Of a DNA stretch of 55,616 bases, positions 8,084 to 17,521 are shown piece by piece (within the stretch, counting starts at the first letter, position 1; every line of letters begins with the position of its first letter). The DNA is taken from positions 1-55,616 of IMG/VR virus record IMGVR_UViG_3300005663_000053; one strand, written 5' to 3'. A program made the position numbers and the translations under genes. The stretch is from a virus (taxonomy: Duplodnaviria > Caudoviricetes). The notes below the pieces were generated by a model. It was not told the origin of the DNA, searched no databases, and worked only from the letters and a program-made list of their open reading frames with translations.

Positions 8084-8551
8084 ATGACTCTGCCCTATGC
8101 CAGCGCCAGCAGCGGCATCAAAGCGCGCGATGAGATCCTACGCATCCTTAAGCGTTTCGGGTGCGAGAGCGTCGGCTTCATGGACGAGTTCGACACCCAC
8201 ACCCTCTTGCTCGCCTTCCGCTGGGGGGAGCGCAACATACAGCTTCGCGCCAGCGCGCAAGGCTGGGCCAATGCCTATCTGCGCGAGAACCCATGGACAT
8301 ATCGGAAGCATTCAACCAAGCGCGATTGGGAACAATGGGCGCTCGACCAAGGCATGATCGCCGTCAACTCGATCCTGCGCGATTGGGTCAAGGGACAGGT
8401 CACCGCGATCGAGACGGGAATCCTGACGTTCGAGCACGTCTTTCTGCCCTTCATGCTGACGAAGGATGGCCGCACCGTGGCCGAGCACGCGACCAAACTG
8501 TTGGCGGGGCCGAAACAGAAACCGGCCCTTGTCGAAGATGAAGCGCCATGA
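8084..8551 (+). CDS. Hypothetical phage protein
   Basis: RBS; globular-looking 155 aa ORF coupled to the next gene. Confidence 0.75.
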   Translation: MTLPYASASSGIKARDEILRILKRFGCESVGFMDEFDTHTLLLAFRWGERNIQLRASAQGWANAYLRENPWTYRKHSTKRDWEQWALDQGMIAVNSILRDWVKGQVTAIETGILTFEHVFLPFMLTKDGRTVAEHATKLLAGPKQKPALVEDEAP

Positions 8552-8880
8552 CCGCCGACGCGCCGCGTGAGGGTTACTACCTCATGTACCGGGTGCGGAA
8601 CGGCCCGCTGGTTCCCGTGCGCATCTACAGCGGCGTCACACCGGATCCCGACTTCCCCGACAACCCCCAGGACCGCTCGCCTGTTTTGTGTGCGCTCTGC
8701 GACGGCAAAGGGGTTGATGTTGACTCGGTCTGGCCGTGGTGTGCCCGCCGCCCCATCACAGAAGCCGAGTATCGCTATCGGCTCGAGGCCGCCGCATGGG
8801 ATCGCCGCCACGACCCAGCCTCGCCTGGGGCAAACCCGGATGAGCCGATTGATCTGAATCGCACAAGGCCAGTTTTCTAG
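8548..8880 (+). CDS. Hypothetical phage protein
   Basis: ATGA coupling. Confidence 0.7.
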   Translation: MTADAPREGYYLMYRVRNGPLVPVRIYSGVTPDPDFPDNPQDRSPVLCALCDGKGVDVDSVWPWCARRPITEAEYRYRLEAAAWDRRHDPASPGANPDEPIDLNRTRPVF

Positions 8881-8892
8881 GGAGTGAGGAAT

Positions 8893-9693
8893 ATGAGAGA
8901 CACGAGTGCCATACCTGAGTCGGCGCCGGCGGGTCCGGGCGACAACTTGCCGCCCAGCGCAGTCGAGATGTTGCGGGACGATCTAGCCGAGCGCTACCGC
9001 GGGCTGACTGCCCGCCATGACGAGCTGCTCGCGGCCGGCGTCCGGACGCCATCCTCGGTCGACGACGATGAGACAGCCGGTAAGTTTGGCGACTTCATCA
9101 AACAGGTCACCGGCGCGATTAAGAGCGCCGAAGCTGCCCGCATCGACGAGAAGGAACCCTATCTCGAGGGTGGTCGCGCCGTCGACGGTTTCTTCAAGAA
9201 GATCATTGAGCCGCTGGCGAAGCTCAAGAAGGCCGTTGAGGAACGGCTCAACATTTATCAGCGGCGCAAGGCCGATGAGGAGCGCCGCGCCCGCGAGGAG
9301 ATTGCGAGCAAGGCCCGCGAGGAAGCCGAGGTGGCAGCACGCGAGGCCGCGGAACGTGCCAAGGCCCTCAAGACGCCGAGCGATATGGATCCTGCCCTCG
9401 CGGCTGAAAGCACCGCCACCAGGGCAGCGGAGGATGCGGCCGTAGCCAAGAAGGCAGCAGCCGCCAAGGCCGCTGATCTGAGCCGGACCCGGGGCGACTT
9501 AGGCTCGGTTGCCTCGCTGCGCACGGACTGGACCGGAGAGCTTGAGGATCGGGCGCTCCTCGAGCTTGAACCGCTGCGCGAACATCTGACCCAAGACTGC
9601 CTCGACAAGGCCATCCGCGCCTATGCCAAGGCCGGGGGCCGGCAGCTCACAGGCGCGCGCATCTGGCAGCGCCAACAGACCGTAGTGAGGTGA
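8893..9693 (+). CDS. Coiled-coil phage protein of the recombination module
   Basis: Ala/Glu/Arg-rich helix; KEPYLEGGRAVDGFF; lies upstream of ERF. Confidence 0.7.
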   Translation: MRDTSAIPESAPAGPGDNLPPSAVEMLRDDLAERYRGLTARHDELLAAGVRTPSSVDDDETAGKFGDFIKQVTGAIKSAEAARIDEKEPYLEGGRAVDGFFKKIIEPLAKLKKAVEERLNIYQRRKADEERRAREEIASKAREEAEVAAREAAERAKALKTPSDMDPALAAESTATRAAEDAAVAKKAAAAKAADLSRTRGDLGSVASLRTDWTGELEDRALLELEPLREHLTQDCLDKAIRAYAKAGGRQLTGARIWQRQQTVVR

Positions 9694-9697
9694 GGCC

Positions 9698-9868
9698 ATG
9701 ACCGAGCATAAACCGGAGCCACGGGACGAGGCGGTGCTGATTACCGGCTGGGTGGACCCAACAATCAAGGCTGCCGCTGTTCTCCTAGCGAAGGAAGGCG
9801 GGCACCCCGAGGAAAGCTGGCCGTTTTACTATGCGGTCGCCAAGGCCAAACAGAAGGATAAGCCATGA
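9698..9868 (+). CDS. Small hypothetical protein (56 aa)
   Basis: Manual translation MTEHKPEPRDEAV...KQKDKP; GAGG RBS; ATGA overlap with ERF. Confidence 0.55.
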   Translation: MTEHKPEPRDEAVLITGWVDPTIKAAAVLLAKEGGHPEESWPFYYAVAKAKQKDKP

Positions 9869-10512
9869 CCGACCATGACGACAAACAGGGAATGCCGATC
9901 ATCGAATCCGAACTCCGCACCAGCCGGGAGATCGGGAAGCTCGCCAAGGCGCTCGCCCGGGCCCAGGCCAAAATCCAGAACCCGCCCAAGAACCGGGAGG
10001 TCACGGTCCATGGCCGCAACAAACACGGCGGCCCGGTCACTTACGAGTTCGAGTACGCGACCATTGATGAGGTCTTGAACGCGGCTCGCCCCGCGCTCAG
10101 CGCACATGGACTCTCGTTCGTCCAGGTGCCGACCGAGACGAGCCGTGGCCCCGTTCTCTTTACCCGGCTCATGCACAAATCCGGCCAGTGGATCGAATCG
10201 AGCATATCCATCGGACCCTTCGAGGACATGCAGGGCTTCGGCGCCACGGTGACCTACCTCAAGCGCTACGCGCTTTGCGCCATGTGCGGGATCGCGGCCG
10301 AGGATGATCAGGACGTTGGTGATGTCGCCGACGTCGCCGAGCGTATGGTCGGCCCGCTGACCAAGGCCGTGCTCAGGGAAATCCGCGCCGGGGCGCCGGC
10401 GCGCCCAACACGCCGCGACTACAAGGATTCCGCCGAGCGTGCCACCCATATCGCTGATCAGGAAGGCGTCTCCCCGGATGAGGCGCTGAGCCGCGCGCGG
10501 GCGGAGGAATAA
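9865..10512 (+). CDS. ERF-family single-strand annealing protein
   Basis: KALARAQ...YATIDEVL...LSAHGL...TRLMHKSGQWIES...GATVTYLKRYAL...DDQD. Confidence 0.9.
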   Translation: MTDHDDKQGMPIIESELRTSREIGKLAKALARAQAKIQNPPKNREVTVHGRNKHGGPVTYEFEYATIDEVLNAARPALSAHGLSFVQVPTETSRGPVLFTRLMHKSGQWIESSISIGPFEDMQGFGATVTYLKRYALCAMCGIAAEDDQDVGDVADVAERMVGPLTKAVLREIRAGAPARPTRRDYKDSAERATHIADQEGVSPDEALSRARAEE

Positions 10513-10636
10513 GCAATTTATGGCCCCTGTGGCGCTGCTGGTCCCCACTCTACTGACAGCGCCGGCGCGTTTCGCGGCTGGATAGCCTCGTCCCAAGCGG
10601 TCGCTCGCGCGTGTCCGTATACCCAGTCGGCCAGGG

Positions 10637-11015
10637 GCCGCCCGATCTAGGAGGATAAAGAGACATGTATTTAGACATCTTTAGGGTAGGGATCGGCGAC
10701 AAAATCGCTCTGTGCGCTCTTACAGAGAAACACACTATGCGGGTTCCGGGAAACATCTCTGGTAATAGGGCCAAGCGGCTAATTGCTCTTGGCTTTGCGT
10801 GCCCCAGCAAGTGCCGCAAGATGGAATGGCGAGGGCTATCGTTCTCGGAAATCCGCATCACGAAAACGGGACAACAAGCAAATGTCGAACTCAATATCCT
10901 AAGAGTTCGCGCGTGACCCAGCCCAATCTCCTCACTTGGATTGAATGGAGAGCATCCTGCAACCGCCGATCCACAGCGCAGATACGCCGTCACATGCCGC
11001 CCGATCTAGGAGGAT
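10637..11015 (+). repeat. 20-bp direct repeat GCCGCCCGATCTAGGAGGAT at 10637-10656 and 10996-11015
   Basis: Exact match; includes the RBS; flanks a visibly lower-GC segment. Confidence 0.9.
10665..10916 (+). CDS. Hypothetical protein
   Basis: AGGAGG RBS from the repeat. Confidence 0.5.
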   Translation: MYLDIFRVGIGDKIALCALTEKHTMRVPGNISGNRAKRLIALGFACPSKCRKMEWRGLSFSEIRITKTGQQANVELNILRVRA

Positions 11016-11019
11016 GAAT

Positions 11020-11292
11020 ATGAAAAAATGGATCACACTTGTTGCCGTCCTTATTTTGCTTGCTGCTCCCGCCCTCGCTCAAGATACCGGGCTAACCATT
11101 AAGCCACAGCTTGAAAACGCAGGTCTGTTGCACTTCGTTCACGAGGGAGTAACGGTTGTCTCGATCGACCTGCGCGATGGCAGCGTGGAATACGGCGAGG
11201 GCTACGCTGCGGATGAAGCCGCCAGGGTCTTTTGGGAGGCGGTAGGGCAACTCCTTCCTATAGGCACTTGCCCAGACAAGCCCGATGAATAG
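11020..11292 (+). CDS. Hypothetical exported protein
   Basis: MKKWITLVAVLILLAAPALA signal peptide; RBS. Confidence 0.7.
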   Translation: MKKWITLVAVLILLAAPALAQDTGLTIKPQLENAGLLHFVHEGVTVVSIDLRDGSVEYGEGYAADEAARVFWEAVGQLLPIGTCPDKPDE

Positions 11293-11665
11293 AGAGGCGC
11301 TTGAGGCTGGACAAGTCCTTGAGGTCGTCCACCCGTTCACATGGGACAAGGCAACGGTCTACGACGAGAAGGCGGACGCCACAAAGGAAATCAAAACATG
11401 GCGGCCTGGTCTGCGGTTCGAATTGGAAGATCAGGCGTCGCCGGATGGCGGGAGAGGCATCGCGGTTGCCGAAGCCGAGGGTCTGCAAATCTTCACTATC
11501 GTCAGCCTCCACAAGCCGGGCCGGTATCCTGAGCGCGTCTTTTACACCCGAGAATGGCAAGACCCCGATGGGAAGCGGTTTGGCAAGCTGCATCTTCGCG
11601 TGACGACGACGGTGGCGCTGCGTCGAAGGATCAACGGCTACGCATACGAATACGAAGTGGCGTGA
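11285..11665 (+). CDS. Hypothetical phage protein
   Basis: Overlaps both neighbours in the operon. Confidence 0.7.
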   Translation: MNREALEAGQVLEVVHPFTWDKATVYDEKADATKEIKTWRPGLRFELEDQASPDGGRGIAVAEAEGLQIFTIVSLHKPGRYPERVFYTREWQDPDGKRFGKLHLRVTTTVALRRRINGYAYEYEVA

Positions 11666-12696
11666 TGGGTGAGAGCTCCAAGATCGAGTGGACGGACGCG
11701 ACCTGGAATCCGGTCACGGGCTGTTCCGTCGTCTCCCCAGGCTGCACCAACTGCTACGCGATGCGGCTCGCCGGCGGGCGGCTCCGCGATCACCCCTCGC
11801 GCGCTGGCCTCACGCAGCCTTCCAAAGCCGGTCCGGTATGGACAGGAGAGATCCGGTTCAACGAGCAATGGCTCGACCAGCCGCTGCGCTGGAGGAGGCC
11901 GCGCCAGATCTTCGTCTGCGCCCATGGCGACCTGTTCCATGAGGACGTGCCGGACGAGTGGATCGACCGCATCTTCGCCATCATGGCGCTCGCCCCGCAG
12001 CACACCTTCCAGGTGCTCACGAAGCGACCGGAGCGGATTCAAGCATATGGCGCGCATCCTGATCGCGCTTATTTCGTCGGGCAACAGGCGGCGAAAATCT
12101 TGAATCGTCCCGCCTTTGGTTTGGACTGGCCCCTGCCGAACGTCTGGCTCGGCACCTCTGTCGAGGATCAGAGGCGCGCCGACGAGCGCATCCCGCACTT
12201 GCTGGCGACGGCGGCGGCGGTGCGGTTCGTCTCGGCCGAACCATTGCTGGGCTCAATTTACTTTGGACCAACTGGCCCGCTCGGACAGCCACCGGGTCCG
12301 AGCGACGATCCTTGGCTACGGGATCCCTGGCCGCAAAGTCCGCAAGCCAATCGGGGAAAACTCGACTGGATCATCGTCGGCGGCGAGTCGGGCGCCGCCG
12401 CCCGGCCCATGCACCCCGATTGGGTGCGCTCGATCCGGGATCAATGCCAAGCCGCCAGCGTGCCGTTTTTCTTCAAACAGTGGGGAGAGTGGGGACCCGT
12501 AGTTTCGACAGGCGACGATCCCGATCCACAAGGCCGGTCGGTCATGGCTTTGCCCGACGGCACGCTGACCGACACGGAATGGAACGGCGGGCCAGGGCCG
12601 CATCTTATTGATGCTCAACCAATGTATCGCGTCGGCAAGAAGGCCGCCGGGCGGGCGCTCAACGGCCGGACCTGGAACGAGTACCCCGATGGCTGA
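11665..12696 (+). CDS. DUF5131 / phage Gp37-Gp68 family radical-SAM-like protein
   Basis: SKIEWTDATWNPVTGCSVVSPGCTNCYA, LTKRP, SAEPLLG, IVGGESG, FFFKQWG. Confidence 0.95.
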   Translation: MGESSKIEWTDATWNPVTGCSVVSPGCTNCYAMRLAGGRLRDHPSRAGLTQPSKAGPVWTGEIRFNEQWLDQPLRWRRPRQIFVCAHGDLFHEDVPDEWIDRIFAIMALAPQHTFQVLTKRPERIQAYGAHPDRAYFVGQQAAKILNRPAFGLDWPLPNVWLGTSVEDQRRADERIPHLLATAAAVRFVSAEPLLGSIYFGPTGPLGQPPGPSDDPWLRDPWPQSPQANRGKLDWIIVGGESGAAARPMHPDWVRSIRDQCQAASVPFFFKQWGEWGPVVSTGDDPDPQGRSVMALPDGTLTDTEWNGGPGPHLIDAQPMYRVGKKAAGRALNGRTWNEYPDG

Positions 12697-12813
12697 CCGC
12701 CTCGCCCCTACGTCTCCCAGGCTTCCCTCCCAAACATCCTGACGGCACCATCCGCCCGCCCACCTGATTTCCCAAACCACGATTTTCTGCTAACCTATTG
12801 CCCTGCTTGACTT

Positions 12814-13332
12814 TTGGGGGGGCGATGGTTGTTCTGGACGGCGAAGCGAGTCGAGGCTTGGCTGGTCGCCGCGGTTGATGTGCTGCAGCGATTGCCGGAT
12901 TTGGAGGCGCGCTACCTGCGCAACCCGCTCAGATCGCGCTTTCCGGAGGTCGTCGAGACGTGGTCGACCGCCTTTGTGGCGGCATTGGGCGCGATCGAGG
13001 TCGATGGCGTGCCGCCTGGGTCCGAGATGAAGCCGACCTCGCCCTCGCCGCAGGAAATCGATGAGATGGAGGCCGCGATTTTCGGCCTTTCCAAGCCCAG
13101 GCTTGGTCTCTCGGGCACGACTCCGTGGCTCAACTGGCTCGGCCGCAAGCGGCGCCGCATGGTCTGGCGGCGTCTGGCCGGCGGCCGCGATGGCGACCGG
13201 ATGACATGGACGGGCGTGGCCGCCCTCGAGGACCGCAGTGGGCAGGCTCGGCCCAGCGAGGCGACCTGCCGGCGTTGGTACTGGCAAGCGATGCAGTGTA
13301 TCGCCGACGAGCTGACGACGGAAAATGGGTAG
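12814..13332 (+). CDS. DUF6362-like protein, putative late transcription regulator
   Basis: WTAKRVEAWL..A.DVLQRLP...PSPQEIDEME...WLNWL...MVW; position before the packaging genes; start uncertain. Confidence 0.65.
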   Translation: MGGRWLFWTAKRVEAWLVAAVDVLQRLPDLEARYLRNPLRSRFPEVVETWSTAFVAALGAIEVDGVPPGSEMKPTSPSPQEIDEMEAAIFGLSKPRLGLSGTTPWLNWLGRKRRRMVWRRLAGGRDGDRMTWTGVAALEDRSGQARPSEATCRRWYWQAMQCIADELTTENG

Positions 13333-13699
13333 ATTCGGCCTTTTCGCCGGTTTGCTGAAACGCCGTGGCGCATCTCGGCCTAAATCTGGTATAGGCGAAG
13401 ATAGCGTGGCCGGGTTGTCGCCTGGCCCCACCCTTCTCCCCACAAATCCCCCCCAAGAATGCCATGGCGTAGCTACCGTGTTGCCCTCGGAGATCGTCAC
13501 CCGGCTCTGCCGGCGCCGCCATGCGCTCCATCTCAACCAGGCCGAACTTGCGGCCCGCATCGGTGTCAGCGATTCGGCCTTGAGCCGCTGGGAGCGGCAT
13601 AAGGCATCCCCATCTCTCGCTGATTTCTGCGCCTGGACGGAGGAACTCGCCGTCGAGATCACCCTAACCGATCGAGAACCCCCCCATGTTTCGCCGTAA
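13325..13699 (+). CDS. XRE-family HTH protein (true start may be near 13478)
   Basis: LNQAELAARIGVSDSALSRWERHKASPS. Confidence 0.75.
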   Translation: MGRFGLFAGLLKRRGASRPKSGIGEDSVAGLSPGPTLLPTNPPQECHGVATVLPSEIVTRLCRRRHALHLNQAELAARIGVSDSALSRWERHKASPSLADFCAWTEELAVEITLTDREPPHVSP

Positions 13700-13997
13700 C
13701 GTCCCAGCCGCGCCGGATACCCTAGCTCCGCCTGAGCTTGCCGACGAGTTACTTGATCTGAAGGCGGCGGTGGCCGAGCTGACCGTGCGCGAGCGCGAAT
13801 TGAAGGACGCGCTCATCGCCTCGGGGATCACGGAAGTCGAGGGTGAACGTGCCCGCGCCACCGTGTCCACACACGAGCGCACGACGCTCGACGTCGAGGC
13901 GGCCAAGGAGAAGCTCGGGCCCGCTTGGTGCCGGCGCCACTCGACCACAAAAGAGCAAACCGTGGTGCGGGTAAGCGCCCGCAAGCGCGTCGACTAG
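13686..13997 (+). CDS. Hypothetical phage protein
   Basis: LADELLDLKAAVAELTVRERELKDAL coiled coil. Confidence 0.7.
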   Translation: MFRRNVPAAPDTLAPPELADELLDLKAAVAELTVRERELKDALIASGITEVEGERARATVSTHERTTLDVEAAKEKLGPAWCRRHSTTKEQTVVRVSARKRVD

Positions 13998-14008
13998 CCC
14001 TAAATCCC

Positions 14009-14530
14009 ATGGCCAAGAAGCGTGCGCCCAAGAAGCGCGCGGACAAAAAGCGCGGCCGGCCGACCCTCTATTCGGATGCCCTTGCAGCAACGATTTGCAA
14101 GCGGCTGGCGAAAGGCGATTCGCTGCGCCGCATATGCCAAACACCTGGCATGCCGCATGTCGACACTGTGATGGGGTGGTTGTTCGATACCCATCCCAAG
14201 GATGATCCGCGTACCGAATTTTCCTTACGGTACGCGCACGCGCGCAAGGCCCAGGCCGAGCTCTATGCGGACGACATCATAGAGATTGCCGACGACGAAA
14301 AAGACGATGACGTCGGCGACTTGGCGATGAGTTCGGCGCGGCTCGCCCGCCACCGTCTGCGCATCGACGCGCGCAAGTGGATCGTCTCCCGGCTCCTCCC
14401 GCGCTACGCCGATAAGATCGTCCATGAGGGCGGCGAGAAGCCGATCCCGATCAAGCTCGAGGGCCGCCAGCTCGCCCGTGGGATCGCGCTCATTTTGAAC
14501 CGGGCCGACCCGAAGAAAGGCAAGGAGTAA
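14009..14530 (+). CDS. terS: Terminase small subunit
   Basis: GRPTLYSDALAATICKRLAKGDSLRRIC...MP...IIEIADD...RLRIDARKW, Sf6-gp1-like. Confidence 0.9.
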   Translation: MAKKRAPKKRADKKRGRPTLYSDALAATICKRLAKGDSLRRICQTPGMPHVDTVMGWLFDTHPKDDPRTEFSLRYAHARKAQAELYADDIIEIADDEKDDDVGDLAMSSARLARHRLRIDARKWIVSRLLPRYADKIVHEGGEKPIPIKLEGRQLARGIALILNRADPKKGKE

Positions 14531-14531
14531 A

Positions 14532-14879
14532 ATGGCAGACAAGCATGAGCATCCAGAGGGCACAGCCCCGCACGGCCACATGGGGAAACATTACGGTGGG
14601 TCGTCGCATAAGCCGACCGGGCCGAAGAAGAGCGATCCGTTCCCGCCTAATCCAGGTCAGGAACATCACTCACACGCTCCTCAGACAGCGCCCAGAGCAA
14701 CCCTGTTGGCGCATTACGGAATAGGTAAGGCAGCAGCCGCCCAGCCAAGCAAGCCAAAGAGGCAGCGCGTCGCTCCTCTCGGCGGTAAGGCGCGCGCTGG
14801 TGTGCCTCCAGTTGGGGGCGGGCCTGGAAAATACCGCGTTGCCGGCACTACTGGGCGCCGGCGCCGCACCCTCGGTTGA
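14532..14879 (+). CDS. Basic low-complexity hypothetical protein
   Basis: AAGGAG RBS; His/Pro/Gly/Arg-rich. Confidence 0.6.
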   Translation: MADKHEHPEGTAPHGHMGKHYGGSSHKPTGPKKSDPFPPNPGQEHHSHAPQTAPRATLLAHYGIGKAAAAQPSKPKRQRVAPLGGKARAGVPPVGGGPGKYRVAGTTGRRRRTLG

Positions 14880-14904
14880 AGTCCTCTAGGAGCGGATCCC
14901 TCTG

Positions 14905-15075
14905 ATGCCGATGTTAAGCGAGGCCATGCGCGGGGCCATGCACGCCGCCGCCGCTGGCCGAGGACGCCTTGGGATCCCGATCAAGGTGGCGAAGGAATAT
15001 GTCGCCGAGGACAAGGGCGGCAAGCTGCCCAAGCGGAAGCGCAAGCGCCACCGCACCATCCTGGAGTCCCGCTGA
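14905..15075 (+). CDS. Small basic phage protein (56 aa)
   Basis: Manual translation MPMLSEAMRGAMHAAAAGRGRLGIPIKVAKEYVAEDKGGKLPKRK...; AGGAG RBS. Confidence 0.65.
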   Translation: MPMLSEAMRGAMHAAAAGRGRLGIPIKVAKEYVAEDKGGKLPKRKRKRHRTILESR

Positions 15076-15242
15076 TGCCCAGCGAATATACCGGCCGGGA
15101 CGGTTTCAATTTCCGCCCCCACAATCGTCTCCGCGCCGCTAAGCGCGGGGCCACCCCTGGTCCTGGTGGGCGAAGGATTGAGACTGAAGATGCGACTCCG
15201 ATTGAGACCGAGGAAGGCACTGAACTGGAGACAGAGGGATGA
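15075..15242 (+). CDS. Small hypothetical protein (55 aa)
   Basis: Manual translation ending IETEDATPIETEEGTELETEG; overlaps the stop/start codons of both neighbours. Confidence 0.55.
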   Translation: MPSEYTGRDGFNFRPHNRLRAAKRGATPGPGGRRIETEDATPIETEEGTELETEG

Positions 15243-17521
15243 TCGACTGGCTTAAACGCAACAAGCTGTGGGTCGGGGTGGCGGGACTCGTCCTTGTGCC
15301 TGCCGTCGCCTATGCGATCACCATCTCCGCGCTGACAGCAATCACCGGGGTCAACACGGCGGCTGGCGATCATTTCGTGATCGTCGACGTTTCGGAACCC
15401 GCGGCGGCGGATCGCACCAAGCGCATCACGCGCGACGAACTTGCGGTTGCCATGGCGGCGGGCTTTACCGCCGACGCAATAACCGGCAGCGCCGTGACGG
15501 CGGCGACCGCGACGGCGGAAGGCGTGGCCGAATTGGCGACCGACGCGGAGACGGTCACGGGGACAGCCACCGACCGAGTGACGACCCCCGCCAACATCAC
15601 CGCGAAGATGTCTGCTCCGGGCGCCATCGGCGACACGACGGGCGCAACCGTTGGACTTTCCGACGGGTCGGTGTCGTCTCCGTCACTCTATTTCCCCAGC
15701 GACCCCGACACCGGCTTTTACTGGGAGGGGTCTGGTGACTTCCGCGCAGCGATCAACGGTGCGATACGGTTCATTTTTAGCAACGGCGGTTTTAACGTTA
15801 ATCCTGGCGGCGATATTAGGGCCGTCAACCCGAGCGCCACAACTCCGACATTCATTCCTAACGGCAACGACACTGACACCGGCATCGGGACCGCTGGGGA
15901 TGACGAACTCTCCCTCATCGCCGGGGGCCGCGAGGGCATCCGCGTCACGAGCACCGATGTCCACATCGTCCACACGGCCGCAGAAGCTGACAACCACGCG
16001 GTTGAGATCGTCGCGGACGCGGCCGGCTTCGGCGACGTCAAGGCGCTGGACATCGACTATATCACTGGCGCGATCTCTACCGGGGAGGACGAGGCGGTAA
16101 TACTCGTCAACATCGACGAGATAGCGGCTACAGGCGGGGAGGTGTTTGGCCTTGAGGTTCTCGCCACGGATGGTGGGGCGGACGCTATCTACGGGTTGAA
16201 GGTGGGTGCGGTCGTCGGGGCAGTCCTTCAAGACGCTGGCTCGTTCGCGAATCCAACGACTGGCACGAACAACACCACCTCGACCGATGTCGCCGCCATG
16301 ATCGACGGCTCTAACGGCACGAACACCACGATATTCGTCTCGGACGACGACTACATCTTGATCGGGGCCGCCGCTGCGTTCACCGAGATCGAGTTCATCA
16401 TCGAGACGGCCGCACCGAACCCCGGCGTTCAGCCGACCTTCGGGTACTCCACCGCCGGGTCGCACCTGTTCACGGCGTTCACCCCCGTTGACGGGACCAA
16501 CGGGTTCAGGAACACCGGCGTCGTGGCGTGGGACGCGGTCGACCTGACCTCGCACGCCGTGAACACCGACACCGGAACCTTCGACATAAAGGTAACTAGG
16601 ACTCACGCAAGCTCCGGGTCAGTCTCTCTGTTCTACGCGAAGACCGCCGCCACCGTCGTCTACGCATGGGACAGCAGCGGCAACCTGTCGGTGGCTGGGC
16701 TGACTGCTACCTCCGGCGCAACGGACCTGCTCGACATGAGCGGTACAGACGCCTCCACGGACACAGAGGGGCTGATCCTGCCTCAGCACGCGACTTCTGC
16801 CGCTCCGGGAGGAGTGGCGGAGGGCCAGGTGTTCTGGGAGGCTGACGCGAACATTCTCCACGTCGGGGACGGCGCTGCGGTCCAGAACTTCCCGCCGGCC
16901 TCTGCGTTCAGCGGCGACGCGACGGTCTCTGCGACGGGCACGGTCGCGGTCCTGACGGGCGACACGGCCACCGCCTTCTTCAGCGCGGGGACGATCGAGC
17001 ACGAGCGCGGCGGATTAGAGTTCGATGCCTCCGGGGTCGTTGACACCGACTTTGTCGTTGGAACCGGAACTGGCACGTTTGGACTCGAGAGTGGGGCCAC
17101 AGCGCGGACCTCGCTTGGCCTTGGTACGGCGGCGCTACTGGCCCTCGCTCAAGCAGATCAGGCTGCCCTCGAGGCCGAGACTAACGAGGACACCTACGCT
17201 CCGCCTGATCTTCTCAAGCATAGTCCCGGCGTCGCCAAGGGCTGGGTTCAGGCGGATATCGCTGGTAGCATTATCGTCAGCCACAACGTCACGTCAGTTG
17301 CCGACACCGGTACTGGCCGAATGACCATTACCTGGGCCACGGATTTCAGCGGTGCAGACTACGTTGTTGTGGCGACCGCTGAAGGAACGAACAGATACGC
17401 GGCTGTGGACAATGCTAATCCGCCAGCGGCTGGTACGACGGAGATAACTTGCTTCAACGACTCCGGCACCAAGGCCGACCCGGATACGAGCTACCACGTT
17501 GTTGCGTTCGGGGATCAGTAG
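15239..17521 (+). CDS. Tail-fibre-like / surface fibre protein with N-terminal signal-peptide-like segment
   Basis: Gly/Thr/Ala-rich; fibre-type modules GVAELATDAETVTG, DGSVSSPSLYFPSDPDTGFY, AKGWV...SHNVTSVADTGTG. Confidence 0.7.
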   Translation: MIDWLKRNKLWVGVAGLVLVPAVAYAITISALTAITGVNTAAGDHFVIVDVSEPAAADRTKRITRDELAVAMAAGFTADAITGSAVTAATATAEGVAELATDAETVTGTATDRVTTPANITAKMSAPGAIGDTTGATVGLSDGSVSSPSLYFPSDPDTGFYWEGSGDFRAAINGAIRFIFSNGGFNVNPGGDIRAVNPSATTPTFIPNGNDTDTGIGTAGDDELSLIAGGREGIRVTSTDVHIVHTAAEADNHAVEIVADAAGFGDVKALDIDYITGAISTGEDEAVILVNIDEIAATGGEVFGLEVLATDGGADAIYGLKVGAVVGAVLQDAGSFANPTTGTNNTTSTDVAAMIDGSNGTNTTIFVSDDDYILIGAAAAFTEIEFIIETAAPNPGVQPTFGYSTAGSHLFTAFTPVDGTNGFRNTGVVAWDAVDLTSHAVNTDTGTFDIKVTRTHASSGSVSLFYAKTAATVVYAWDSSGNLSVAGLTATSGATDLLDMSGTDASTDTEGLILPQHATSAAPGGVAEGQVFWEADANILHVGDGAAVQNFPPASAFSGDATVSATGTVAVLTGDTATAFFSAGTIEHERGGLEFDASGVVDTDFVVGTGTGTFGLESGATARTSLGLGTAALLALAQADQAALEAETNEDTYAPPDLLKHSPGVAKGWVQADIAGSIIVSHNVTSVADTGTGRMTITWATDFSGADYVVVATAEGTNRYAAVDNANPPAAGTTEITCFNDSGTKADPDTSYHVVAFGDQ

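Noticed and set aside
15239-17521. Diversity-generating retroelement target (BPP-1-like tropism switching)
   Set aside because: No reverse transcriptase and no template/variable repeat pair visible
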